Assembly: GCA_000165425.1 (NCBI GenBank)
Contig: CT868540.1
Span: 248,001-312,000 of the forward strand
Origin: Paramecium tetraurelia
Lineage: Eukaryota
DNA length: 64,000 nucleotides
Direction of reading: 5' to 3'
How positions within the stretch are numbered: position 1 is the stretch's first letter; every line of letters begins with the position of its first letter. Position numbers and translations under genes: made by a program. The notes beneath the pieces were generated by a model. The model was given only the letters and a program-made list of their open reading frames with translations. It was not told the origin of the DNA and did no database searches. Below, piece after piece: positions 14,445-27,498 of the stretch.

Positions 14445-14563
14445 TTCTTAGCATCTCTTCATCAAACTGATAAATATTTCTTAAAGAAATTGAGAAGTCA
14501 AAAATGATAATATAGATATTAATTATAAAGTGAAAAGTAAACAAATAAAAAAATAAAAAAAAG

Positions 14564-14635
14564 CTCCGCGTCCGGGAATTGAACCCGGGCCTCAAACGTG
14601 ACAGGCTTGAATACTAACCACTATACTAACGCGGA
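14564..14635 (-). tRNA. tRNA-Asp(GTC) copy 3
   Basis: Identical to copy 1 and tandem with copy 2 (191-nt period). Confidence 0.97.
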
Positions 14636-15288
14636 TTCTTAGTATCTCTCCATCAATCTAATAAATAAATCCCAGAAACTGTGAACTCTAATTAAAATAA
14701 ACTTTACCTTATTTTTATAGGGTGTTTTTTTCATATTTTCACTTTATATATATTAGAAAGTTATTTTTTCATTGACACTCTTATTTTCTAACTATTCAAC
14801 AATATACCTTATATACTGGATTGATTTTTTCTGTCTTTTGATTCAAAATGTAATTTTGTTTGCAAATTGAAAGAAACTTTAGAATAGGAACAATAAAATG
14901 ATACTTAAAATTTATTTTAATCCTTAAAATGCTCACTTAAAATTATGAAATTGTAGATCCAGTCCTCAAAATTAAAAGATTTGTTAAACTTTAAAGTTGA
15001 TACTTTTTTCATTTAAAAGAGGAAATAGAAATATTTAAGAGAAAACTTAGATACAAATGAGAAACAGAGTTCAATGAGTATAGCATTAGTTTGTTATGAA
15101 ATGAATTATGTAGTTGTAGTCATAAAATATATTTATCAACAAACGAAAAACATATATTATAATAACATTTTGTTTTTATTTTATTGATATTCATTTTAGT
15201 TTATGTTTGTACCTATTTTTTTGTTATTCAAAAGTTTCATATATTTGTTATATAATTTTATTGTTTATAAGAATTTAGTGTAATAAAC

Positions 15289-17071
15289 TCATTATATTGT
15301 GCAATCATAATTTTAAGGTATTCTAATATCACCACTTACTTTATTTTCTTAGACAATTGATTCCAATGATGGGTTTCTCCTTTCAACAACCAACTCAATT
15401 TCATTTGATTTAATCACATTGTTTTATATTTTTCCATGACTTTTATCTCTGATAAATAATCCAATTCCATCATTGTCATTGATATTATTTTCAATAATTT
15501 CAGGTCTGCTATCCTTTAGTATCATGATGCCATTACTTTTATTTTTCTATATATTATTAAGTTTTATAACAGGGACTGCCGTTATACAAACAATCCCATC
15601 ATTCTATTTAATATGATAAATTAATACATTTTCAGCAATAGTGTTTCTAAATATCCAACATTTACCACATTCAATTAAGAAAATACCTTCGCATCTACCT
15701 CCAAGAATTTTATTCTCGACAATGAATGTATCCACCGAATTTGCTCCTCCTAAGGCTATATTGGCTTTAATATTGTCTGTAATTTCATTTTTTTCTATGA
15801 CAGCAGATGAAGTTTCAACTAATAAAACTCCTTAGCCTAAGTTTTTTGAGATTTTATTTTTAAATATGGAAATGCGTGATTCTGTATCTGCTTTGATTCC
15901 TGCTTTTTTATTATATCCTATAAATGTATTGGACTCAATTCTTGTGTAGTTATTCTATCCAGTGCAATGTATTCCGTTTTCTTTATTTCCAGAAATAGTC
16001 TAATTTGATTTGATTTTACCATCACATCTTAATTATTCAAAAACTTTAGTCAAAATTCCGTCAGTAAAATTCTTATCAATTTTGTTATTAAAGATCTAGG
16101 GATCTGCAGACAATACTTCAATTCCAACAATATTAGTTTTAATTTCATTACCGAATATTTTAGCTTTATTACCAATACCTACTTTAATACCTGGACCTTC
16201 ATTGTTTTCAATTCTGCATAATTCTATCTGTGGAATAGCATCTGCACCTACTACATGAATGCCAACTTTCTTGTTCTAAATGATTTTGCTATTCATTATT
16301 CGAACACTCTTATTCGTAATTGCTTATTGTATCAGAATACCCCCATATGTATGATTATGCACCTTACTATCCTTAATTATTAGATCTCCCAATCTGAGCA
16401 AAATACCAATTGTTTTAGCATCTTAGTTTTTGGATGAAGTTCCTTTTATCTCACACCTTATAAACAAGGCCTCAGCACCGTTATTAATTGCAATTCCTGG
16501 CAATATACCTTTAAACGATTTAACAATAAAACTAAAATAGAAAATTAATTACTTACTTTAGAGCAATTAAACAATCTTCCATAAATAATTTACCTCCATT
16601 GAGTAAAACAACGCAATTCATGCCAGTATCAATAGGCACTTTATTTACAAATTCTTCATCTGGATTTGATTCTATTCCAGCTGCACCGTCCTCATGGCCT
16701 CCAAATAAATGTTTCGCGATTTCCTGTCCTTCTATGAGTTTCTCTAATTCTTCAACTTCTTCACTTGTGCCACTATGAGACATTTTTAATCCAATCAAAG
16801 TGCAACGCTCATCTTTTTACAAATCCACTAAGATCGTAGGTTTCGAGGATACAACTATAATTATATCACCATTTTTATCTTTAGGCTCTAAACGCAGGCC
16901 AGGTTTGTTTATCAATATATTTGAAGAATAAAGGCCTGCTGCAATTTTAATGACTGTATTAGGTTCAGCCTTATCAATTGCTTCCTAAATAGTTTTGTAT
17001 GGCCCACTTTCTGAATCCACAATCAATTATTATTTTAAAACTCCCTTTATAGCATTGTCTTAGTGATTCAT
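15289..17071 (-). CDS. Right-handed parallel beta-helix (pectin lyase-fold / CASH / NosD-like) repeat protein ending in a CaaX-like motif
   Basis: N-terminal YKTIQEAIDKAEPNTVIKIAAGLY, repeated N..G..GI.I units (e.g. NNEGPGIKVGIGNKAKIFGNEIKTN), C-terminus ...YDCTIQ-TGA. Confidence 0.88.
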
Positions 17072-17249
17072 TCAATATATATGAATATTTTAAGACTAAA
17101 TAATTATATTTTGAAATTTGAATAATGTTTGTTCTCTATATACTAATGAGATTGCAACTTTAATCATTCAAATTCCAATTCAAAATAACTATTTTCAATA
17201 GATTAGCCATAAGTGGGACACACGGTTTGTCAAATTCTATGTTTTTTAT

Positions 17250-18376
17250 ATGGATTAATTATAACCCATTATTATTCAAATGGAGATCATATTGAAATTA
17301 GTTAACAATGTTAGTCATTTCAAATAGGATTATAAAGTGTTCTAATTATTCTATGAGAATTAATTCACGAAAATATTATTAATAAAATTTGTTAACGGAA
17401 ACAAAACACAATGCTTGTTAATTAATCATCTAAAGTTAATAAAGAGAACCAAAACCCACTATTGATTGTTAATTAATAAGAATAACTCAAGTTGAATGGT
17501 GTATTGCCTAAAAATCAGTTTAACCAAGGAATCACAAATAGATTTTAAAGCACTGTTTCTTGTTATTAACAATCATTAACAAAGTGCACTAGTTCAAGAT
17601 CGTTATAAGAATAAATCGAAAGAATTGCTAAGAAACTTAAATAAAAATAGGAAAAAGAGATTGTTCAACAACCTATAGATTTAAATAAATATTCAATAGA
17701 TGAAATGGTTGACATTCTTAAAAACGATAAGCTATTGCATATTAGATCCTTGCAACTTTAACCCAGCTCGAGCAAGAACAAATAAAAAAGTCCCAAGAAT
17801 ATCTTTCCACCCTTATAGTTGAAATAGAATTTTCAGAGTTTTGAAACTACTAAAAGCTCTGAGAATGAGACCATTAACCACAAATTAGACATGAAATCTC
17901 ATTACACTTAACTGTCGAAGCCAAAAACAATTTAAAAAACTGAAAGTCGAGACAGCATTAGACCTACTGAAGATTCAAGGAAAAAGAGAACTGTCTCCTA
18001 AGTTATTGAACCTCCTACATAAACATTAACTAAAAAAGAAAGAATATAAAAAGCTTTACAAAATTCATAAAGAATAGTATAATTGTGTAATTAGTTTAAT
18101 AAAAATAATATATCAAATGAGGAATTGCATGAATTAATTAAAACTGAAGGATTTAAATTGCAATTCGAATGTTTAGTTTAATTTAGTGATAATAGCTTAG
18201 ATTGCAGAACTCAATTATAAAACTTTATGAATTAATAAATTAAGAAATACACTGAATTAAGAAAATGCTGAATTAGAGCATTAAGGTAATTATATCATTT
18301 ATTGACTATAGTTAAGAAAGAAAACTTTAATTAAGTGCTTGAAAATTGTGTAAATAAATTAAAATCTAAATTTTGA
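17250..18376 (+). CDS. Hypothetical protein, possibly frameshifted or decaying
   Basis: Long coding-like frame over ~17360-18260 under code 6 and a GT-AG intron near 18286. Joining the 5' and 3' parts needs a non-canonical splice or a 1-nt indel. Confidence 0.5.
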
Positions 18377-19120
18377 TTAAATACTGAGATATATACCTAT
18401 AATTCAATTTATCATTTATTAAAATATTATACCAAATTTACTGTGCATTTATCTATTCTAAATCTAATCACAAAGTTATAGGCTAAATTCATTAAAAAAT
18501 ATTTTATAATTTCTTATTCTAACTAATATATAAAATTAATGTTATTTTTTAAATTAAATAAAATTATTTAAAAAAGATCACTTTTAAATTAGGTTACTTT
18601 TTATTTATAAATGATAAACAAAGCATTAGTGCTAGATGTTTTAATATAGAATCAATCCAATAAAATTTGATATAGAGGATATTTACTTAACTTTTGAGAA
18701 GTAATAAATTGATATTAATTCTAAATCCTATTTTTCAATACATCGATAATATTTAATTTCATATAAGTTGTTTTTTCACTAAAAATTGATTGAATTATGG
18801 ATCTCTTACTCATGTTTATTACGAATAGAAATTAGTAACCTATTCATCTGATGAAATAATCATCCATTAAATTGAGTGCTATTATTTTTTCAAACTATTT
18901 ATATATGTTAAGCTGATTCACAATATAAATTTTTGTTTTGGAATCATCAAATATAAATTATTTCATTATTTTTCCTATAGTGAGTAAAATTTGATATAAT
19001 CAGTCAATAAATTACTGAAAATTTCATTATGGACATTAACAATCTTGAACCTCTTGCAAATACATGAATTTAAGATTAGCATAAGGGATTGATTTAAACA
19101 AATTAAACATATAAAAAACA

Positions 19121-19417
19121 TCAAATTTATTCAGTTATGGAAACACTTAATCTTTTGAGAATGAGTGGAGATCTAATAAATGAGAAGGAACATCTATTGC
19201 TCGTGGAGCAAGAAAGATTGTCTTGTGCCTCATTATCGGAGTCTAATGAGCGTAATGAAAAAATCTGTTTTTTCTTCAAGTCTTCGTATATAAATTATTT
19301 CAACTGTGGATCAGTTAATTATTCCAGCTTCAATTCATCACTGAGATATTTGAGAATACCTGATTCAACTTAATTAAAAGCTTATTCATAAGTTCCATTT
19401 TCCCTCGTATCATTCAT
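19121..19417 (-). CDS. Small hypothetical protein (98 aa)
   Basis: Clean ATG-to-TGA frame MNDTRENGTYEQAFNQVESGILKYLSDEL...RLSVSITEQI. Confidence 0.6.
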
Positions 19418-20326
19418 TATAATTAATAAATTAATAATTATTTTTCTCGATTTCTTCTCATTATAAATGAAGCAGATGAACTAGAATCCAAATAAATCAA
19501 AGTTCTTTTAATAATCTTAGATCCTTTGTCAAATACGCATTAAATCAAAGTTAAATAATATAAAATGAGTTAAAATTTTAATAGCTAATATTAATTATAA
19601 ATGTAAAAACGCTGATTAAATTTATATTAAATGCAGTTTATACATCATTTATTTATGAATAAATACTAATTTCGAATGACTAGCTTAACTTCTGAACAAA
19701 AATTAAATATTTACCATACTTCTCTGAATGAATTTAGCATTTAAAGTAAGAATATTTTAACTCGTCATATTTATCTATGAATTTACGTTATAGTTTTACT
19801 AAGTGTATTGATAAATTGTGTCAAAGTAGAGAATATATTCATAATACAACTTAATTAAATTTGATTCAGAATATAATTATCAAAAAGGCAAAGAGATGAA
19901 TAAATTTGAAGTACAATATTGTATTAATTCATTTTGGATAGTATTCGTTAATATATATATTATTTTGTTAAGAGATTAAATGCCAAGAACAAAATACTAA
20001 TATCAACATTATAAAGTCATAAGTCCAAGCAAAAATATCACTGATTTTTTATTTTATTATAAATGTTTATATAAAATGTGAAGTATTAAATTTAATCAAA
20101 CAAAAAATTCATTAAATTCAACATGCTTAATAAATTGATAATTATGAATCTAACTATTTTCCTTAAATTACAAATATTCTGATTTATAAATCAAATATAT
20201 ACGATATACAGTATATATAATATAAAAATTGATAGGTATCAGGAGTATGTTATCACTTCAGGATGAGGAAGATAAATAGTAAAAATTGAAGAATAAATAA
20301 TTAAACAAATAAAAAAATAAAAAAAG

Positions 20327-20398
20327 CTCCGCGTCCGGGAATTGAACCCGGGCCTCAAACGTGACAGGCTTGAATACTAACCACTATACTAACGCGGA
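20327..20398 (-). tRNA. tRNA-Asp(GTC) copy 4
   Basis: Identical 72-nt sequence with a T-run terminator. Confidence 0.97.
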
Positions 20399-20497
20399 TT
20401 CTTAGCATCTTTCCATCAAATTGATAAATAAATCCCAGAACATATATTTTCATAAGATCCAATAATTCGATTATTATTAATCATATAAATTATATCT

Positions 20498-23400
20498 ATG
20501 AATTTAAATATCAATATCAATAGTCCCTTAATTCAAGAATTCAAAAGCATATTACCTTAAAGAGATCCAATCTATGCTCATCTTGATTATGAATAAATTC
20601 AAATAATAACAAACGAAAAGTATTCGTTGATAATAGTTACAATTAATTCTCGCGAATCTTAAGATCAAAGAATAGAAATGGCTGAATAATTAGTCAATCA
20701 TTAAAGGATGATTAATTAAAGGTTAAGAAACCTTGGTTTAAATGGGATATTGGTAGATATTATCAAGCACGAGATTATTAAATAAGATGATTAAGTGTAT
20801 ATAATCTGCAAAACAATGAGACTTTCAAAATAGAAAGGTCAAGTGAATTTAGGTCTAGCCAATTGCATTGAATTTTATACAGGGTTAGAGCTGAAGGGAG
20901 TTCGACCATAAATAGTTATGCACATTGAAGATTTGGGTCTGAATAAAATAATACCCTTCACTTTTATGGAGAGCATTTTAAATGAAGACAATTATGAATA
21001 TCCAGCCTAATTGGAATAAAATGGTTAATTAGACTAGAATGCCAATGGTATTCACTCCTAAAATTAGTCTGCCATAATAATAATATACAATGATCAACTT
21101 GTTTAATTCAAAAAATTGAGTGAGATGAAAGATATTCATATATTAAAGTATTTGGAATTGACTTCTGGTGTAAAAATAAGTGATGTGCTAAAGAAAAGCA
21201 GCACAAGTATTGTGAATGATAAAATTCATTACCTAAACTAAGAAGGGGAAACGTTTGGAATTGGTGATGTTGGAGAGAGAGGAAATGTTGAATTGAATAT
21301 TAAGATTAAATAATAATGCTATGTATTCAGGGCAGAATGGAATCACATGAAAGAGTTGATTGTAATTTATTTATGATTAATGAGAATTAAAGAATAGATG
21401 GATAGTCTTTTGAGTAACTTCCGAATAATTTGTTTACTCCTATAGACAATGCTATTTTGAGTCATTTCAACCATTATGAGTTTGATCAAAGAGGGTATTC
21501 ATTAATAATAATTGTCTAAGTTCTTTAATATTTTTAAATTGCTCTCATAAAGGGGATGTGAAAAACAAAGTTATAATAATAAACAAATAGATTAAAAGAT
21601 AAATTTGGTTCATTGCATTGAAAACTCTACTTACAATTCTATAAATCAATATATAGAATGCTATTTATTAAGATTAGAAATTGTATTTAAGGACCTTATG
21701 CAAATTAAATCAAAAGATTCCAATTCTACAAGTAGAAATACAAGCAGATCTGAAGGAAGAAGACTTTAATCTAATTTTGGATTAGTGCAATTTGAATCCT
21801 CATTTGGAATCATTCATACTTGATGGTTCCGCGTTTAAGGATGCCATTCTTTCTGGTCTAATTTAAGGAAACAATCTTAAAAGCATTAAAGAATTAAGTT
21901 TTAAGGGATGCCAAAATATTACTGATGAAGGCATTTCCCTTTTATAAAATTTCGGAGTCTAAAAATTGGACTTATCTTTCACTCAAATATACTTATCAGT
22001 ACCACAGCATTTATAGATTTTAAATATATCATACAGCAGATTCAAAGAGGAAACTCTGTTGCAACTACTTAGAGATAAATCATTAGTGAATCTAATATCG
22101 ATAAACATTAGTGGATTAGCATCGGATAAGCTTATTTAAGTAATTTTTAGTTGTCATTACAAAGAACTGAGAGTTTTAATTGCTAATGAATGTAAGTTAT
22201 CTTTATCTGTATTTCATCACATTCATGATTCTAAACATGTGAAATAGTTGGATCTATTGAGTTTTCAAGGATCAATTACAGATGTTGAGGAGAGCATCTT
22301 TAAAAAAAATGGATATGCATTGTTGGGAGCAAGCAAAACCAAAATAAACAAGTTGGATCTAGCCAATTGCTATATAAATGATAAATTGATTTAATCCATG
22401 GTTGAGGCAGGGAAATTACTGAAAAACCTCAGAGTGATATCCTTATCTGGATGTAGATATATATCTGATAAATCAATTTATTTATTGTGTGATGCTCATT
22501 ATACATCAACAAGTCAATTAAAAAGCTTAGACATCTCTAATTTACCATAAATAACTGAATCCTCCTTGGAGTACTTAACAAATAAACCTCTGAAGAATCT
22601 ATCAGATTTGAATTTGGCATACTCTACTTAGATATAAGCTGAACATCTGAAAAAGGCTTTTGATACAGGAAAATTTAACCAATTAAAATACTTAGGAATT
22701 AGTGGAACAAGTGAAAGTGGAGGATAAGCAGATATATTCAAATTTAGTATACCAGAATTGTGTACCTATTATATCAGAAATCACTTATCTGAAATTTAAT
22801 TAGTAGAAATTTATACATCAACAAAAAATATTTAAAATATCTCAACAGCTGTGTTAAATTTGTTGCAAACTTAAATTCTTACTAAAATAGTAACCACAGA
22901 TTAAATCATTTTAGAACCAGAAACATATGATTTGTTTAAGAGTAGTTTGGGATGCGAAAGATTACTTCTCAATAACAAACCACTTTAATTAGACAATTAG
23001 GATAAATCTGGATAATTAGACTAACTAACAGCAAATCAATTTTATGAGAAATTACTCAAATAACATCAGAATGTAATTATTAATAATACAGAAATAAAAT
23101 TTATAAGATTGATGTATAATTTTTAGACAATTAAAAAAATTTGTTTTAAAAAAACTGAAATACTTGATAAAGATATCTTTGGCATTTGTTAGAATCTGAC
23201 TTTATAGGAAATAAATATCAAAAGTTGCAAAAAACTAACTTTTAAAAGTTTGATTTACTTATAGAAGCTTTCAGACACTTTGATAAATATAGATTTTAGA
23301 GGAACTATATTTGAAAATTTATATGGAACTTTAAAATAACTGCAATATTTTCCTTAGCTTCTATACTTAAATGGAGGAAAATTAAATATTGAAATGTATT

Positions 23401-24535
23401 GTTATTAATATTAAAATTAGTATAAATATCAACTAAACAAATCATGTCATACAAGAATTAAAACACTTGCCCTCATTGTGGATGCAATTAGAATAAATTA
23501 AATCTTTTAAATTAACAATACGAGCTCATTATATTTAAACTTTTAAATTTATCTTTAAGACTCTTTCTTTATTGCTAAATAAAAATTAAGATCTAATTAC
23601 CTAAATGTCATTGCAACTATATCAATTTAAAGTCATTCAAGACAAATCACTTTAATTATTTCATAACAGTCTATTAAATTTACGATTTCTGAAGCATTTT
23701 CATCTTGGATTTTAAAGGTTTTATATTGATTGTATTTTCGTAGCATGAAAAATATCTCACTTTTAACATTAAAAAACATGATCATAAGTCTATCTAGTTT
23801 GGACTCATTGAAATCCCTTTCCATTAGTTTGGATGAGTAAGAAATCTGAATGATAATTTAGTTGCGAATTATAATTTGTAGATGAAGATCTGTTTTTGGC
23901 ATCCACTATATTTGAAGGAATTAGAAATATGAAATTATAAAATTTCAGTTTCTCATCTAATGACACAGTCACATATGATCAATCAATCTTTTCCAGTCTA
24001 TTTAAATACATGTCCGAGAATGACACCTTAAATTAAGTTTGCCTGAGTTTTCAAAGGTAAATAGATTTGTATAACATTCAGACATGCAATAAGCAGGGAA
24101 AATTTATCAGAATTATTCCAAACCTTGAAAGAATTGAATTTATAAAGTTTAAGCTTAAATTTTGAATAAAGTGAAGTTAAATATACAAGATAAATTTGGG
24201 CTGAATTATTAGAGGTTTTAAGAATGAATTATAGTTTATTGCACCTAGAACTCAATTTTAATCATACATTTGAGTTGACAGATATGGACATTCTAAATAT
24301 TATAGATGAACTATATTGCATGAAATTGACTACATCATGTGTATCATTGATAGGGTATTTTGGAGTTTATATTTTAGTTGCTATCATAATGAGAAGAGTA
24401 TCAAAGAATTCACAAATGAGGATGTTAAAAATTATTAATTTTTTATATGATCAACCAATAAACATTAAGTCTTATTTATTTATATTAAGAAATTATAAAT
24501 TTCAATATTGTATTTAAGAGTTGCAAATAATCTGA
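20498..24535 (+). CDS. Large (~1300 aa) leucine-rich-repeat protein, cysteine-containing (FBXL/AMN1-type) LRRs
   Basis: Repeats such as IKELSFKGCQNITDEGI, LRVISLSGCRYISDKSI, LKSLDISNLPQITESSL, LALPHCGCNQ. A few tiny introns. 3' end approximate. Confidence 0.85.
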
Positions 24536-24591
24536 AAATTGAAAAGGGATGAAAAAACAAAGAGACAGATATTGTCAGATTGGATTATTAA

Positions 24592-25303
24592 TCATTTAGC
24601 TTATTTTATATGTTCTTCATTCCAATATTTCTAAGTCTTTGGGTCAGAATGATTCGTAACCAAAGTTGGCTATCCTGGTTTCCATTGTGCAGGACAAACT
24701 TCTCCATGTTCATCTGTAAATTTAAATGCTTACACTAATCTATTGTAAATTAGCTTATGACATACCTTAAGACTTCGTCTACATTTCTACCCACAGGTAA
24801 ATCATTAATGGAATAATGTCTGAGGATTCCTTTTCCGTCGATTATGAATGTCCCTCTGAAAGCAACACCAAAATCTGGATCTTCAGAATCATCTATAATG
24901 ACTCCATATTTTTTAGAGATTTCCTTGTATAGGGATTGACAATTACCTAACTTAAATCTGAAATCAGAGGAAATTGCATCTCACCCAATCCTCCATTATT
25001 ACGTGTTTATTTACAATATTTCATATGAGAAAATTAGGAGTCTACAGAGACACCCAAAATATCACAACCATTTGCTTTGAATTCCTAGTATAACCATATC
25101 AATAAACCTCAACTCGATCAGAAAACTGGATTATTTCTGTTGGACATACAAATGTAAAATCCAATGGATAGAAGAATAGAACAACATATCTATTTTTATA
25201 ATCACTTAGAGATATCTAAATTTATGGATTTGTATACTCTCTTAAACTATTTATTAAAGTAGGCTGATGCTGTAAATTGGGGTGCTTACTTACGCACTTT
25301 CAT
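24592..25303 (-). CDS. PRDX: Typical 2-Cys peroxiredoxin (AhpC/TSA family)
   Basis: [18 protein letters not shown] (peroxidatic Cys), [31 protein letters not shown] (resolving Cys). Several tiny introns. Confidence 0.96.
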
Positions 25304-25933
25304 AAATTATATTATAAATAATAATTGATTCTTTTAGTTACTATTAACTTAATTGATTGAAAAAATAATGGTAATTGATATAAACTTCTCATTATATCTA
25401 TTTATATTAAGATATGAATAAAAGAAATTACAACATCAATAAATTTTGATTTATCATATTATATCTCTCAGTTAATCCTAGTATTTCTAATTATAGGGGG
25501 GTTATTCGGCTTCCACATACATTAAGGAGAATATCAAAATGTTTTCCAAAAATAAAAAATAGTATTTAAATACTATTGAAGAACAATAAATCTAATCTCT
25601 TAAATTTTGATATGAAATCCGAACCAAAACTAACAGCCTTCCTTCTTAAAGTTATTTAGGATGAACAATTTCTTATTATTCAATATCTGAGTAGACTTCA
25701 ATTCTATTAAGATATAATAAATATTGAAATAAAATTAACTTTTACCAGAAGGAAAATAAAAATTTAATAAAATATCTAATTAATCAAAAATAGTATTTAT
25801 CTATCAACTACATTATATTATCTTTTAATATATCATACATGTTGATTATAATAGTCCTTATTATATAATATATCACCACTTGTTTTCAACTTAAATAATT
25901 AGGAATTAAAAAAGTTAATATTTTATATTAATA

Positions 25934-27392
25934 ATGGAAGGAATTTTGTTTGAATACGCGAGTAAAATTATATGGCCAGAGTATAATTATATAAATGTGC
26001 TGCTTGAATTTTCAGTCTTATACATATTGTATTCCCTATACAAGGTGAGTATTAAGAAGTTTATAAAACATTAAGCCTATGCAAAAATTACTAGAGTTGA
26101 AAAAATTAGCAATGAAGAGAATGTTAAGAAACCCAAGTAAAGTACTTAAGAAAAATAGGAGAAATCATAGAAATAGGGAAAGAAAAAGAATTCTGAAAAA
26201 GAGTAGTAATAATAAAAAGATGCCTAAAAACAACAAAATAAACAGGAGAGCTAACAGTAAAAATAAGAGAATCATTCTAATATATCATATAAGGAATTGC
26301 TGAAATAGGAGAAGCATAATAAATCATTGTAAAATAAGGAAAAATAGAAATCAACTGGAAAAAGTAAATGATAATTATTATTTTAGTTACTCATCCACTA
26401 TATTTATCTTCTGTAAAAGGATTCTCTGATTACATAACCGATTTTGCATACAATAATAGATATTTGATAGCAACAGGATTTGATAATAGTATCAAATTAT
26501 TTGAGATGGAACAATTTTTCAAGAATCCAGATTAACCTAAATATTTATTCCATACTTTGAATGACACACATGCAACAGCAATCTGTATATCTAAAAAAGA
26601 GGAGATCGCTTATTTTTCAGCAAACAACCAATTATTCAATTTAGAATTCTACCCAAAAGCAGAAGATAAATAATATTTCAAGGTAATTCCTAAAACTAAA
26701 AATTGTCATAAAAGTGATATCAATAGTTTACATGTTGATGAAAATGATAAAATTCTCATTTCTACAAGTTCAGATACTCACATCAAGGTATGGAATATGA
26801 AGGGAGAACTGTTGAAGGAAATTAATACATCATATGGTGAACATTATAGTTCTTGTTTTATGAAGGGTTTTTTGGTAGTGAGTTCTTGGAGTGTAGACAC
26901 AAGCATCTATGAGATCAAGTTCAATAAGGATCACACATTTAGGACTCTGGAAAAAGAGGAAGTCTTAAGAGGTGAGAAGACTAGTGTATTGGATGCAAGT
27001 CTAAATGAGCATGGAACTCTAGCTACTTTGTGTAATAAGTCATAGTGCAGAGTGTATAGATTGAACACTGAGAGAAAGCTTAAGGAAGATGCTAAGTTAT
27101 TGACTAAAGTTGAACTTCAAAATATCAGTGCAGCTGCAGTAAATGAAAACATTCTGGTAGTAGCTGCTGATGGAAACGTACATGTTTATGACAGAAATGT
27201 ATGAATATCATATAATCTTAGTTCTAATAAATTGATTAAATCGATAATGCTGCCAATGGTGCTTATATTAAGAGAGTGAGAATTCATGAGTTGCATTCTA
27301 GTCTAAAGAACAAGAATTTCTATGTTTGCTTTGTGTGGGGACAAGAGGAGGAAAGAATCAATGTCTATAATTTTACCAAGTATCATGAATGA
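25934..27392 (+). CDS. WD40 protein with N-terminal transmembrane segment, transducin beta-like 2 (TBL2)-like
   Basis: Hydrophobic N-terminus, K/E/Q-rich linker, then THPLYLSSVKGFSDYITDFAY..YLIATGFDNSIKLF and ILISTSSDTHIKVWNMKGELL WD repeats. Confidence 0.8.
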
Positions 27393-27498
27393 TCAATATA
27401 TATTAATAAAAATATGAAAGCACAAACTTTTATTAGAGGAGTGAACAATAATGGATTCTAAAAAACCGAATTCATGAATTATTATTAATATACAAAAT

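Noticed and set aside
14401..14595. 64-aa ORF in the track
   Set aside because: It overlaps two tRNA genes and their spacer and is not protein-like.
7639..20398. Repeated 72-nt GC-rich unit as a CRISPR repeat, SINE or transposon end
   Set aside because: It folds as a perfect tRNA-Asp cloverleaf with a T-run terminator. There are no regular spacers, no cas or transposase genes, and no evident target-site duplications or poly(A) tail.
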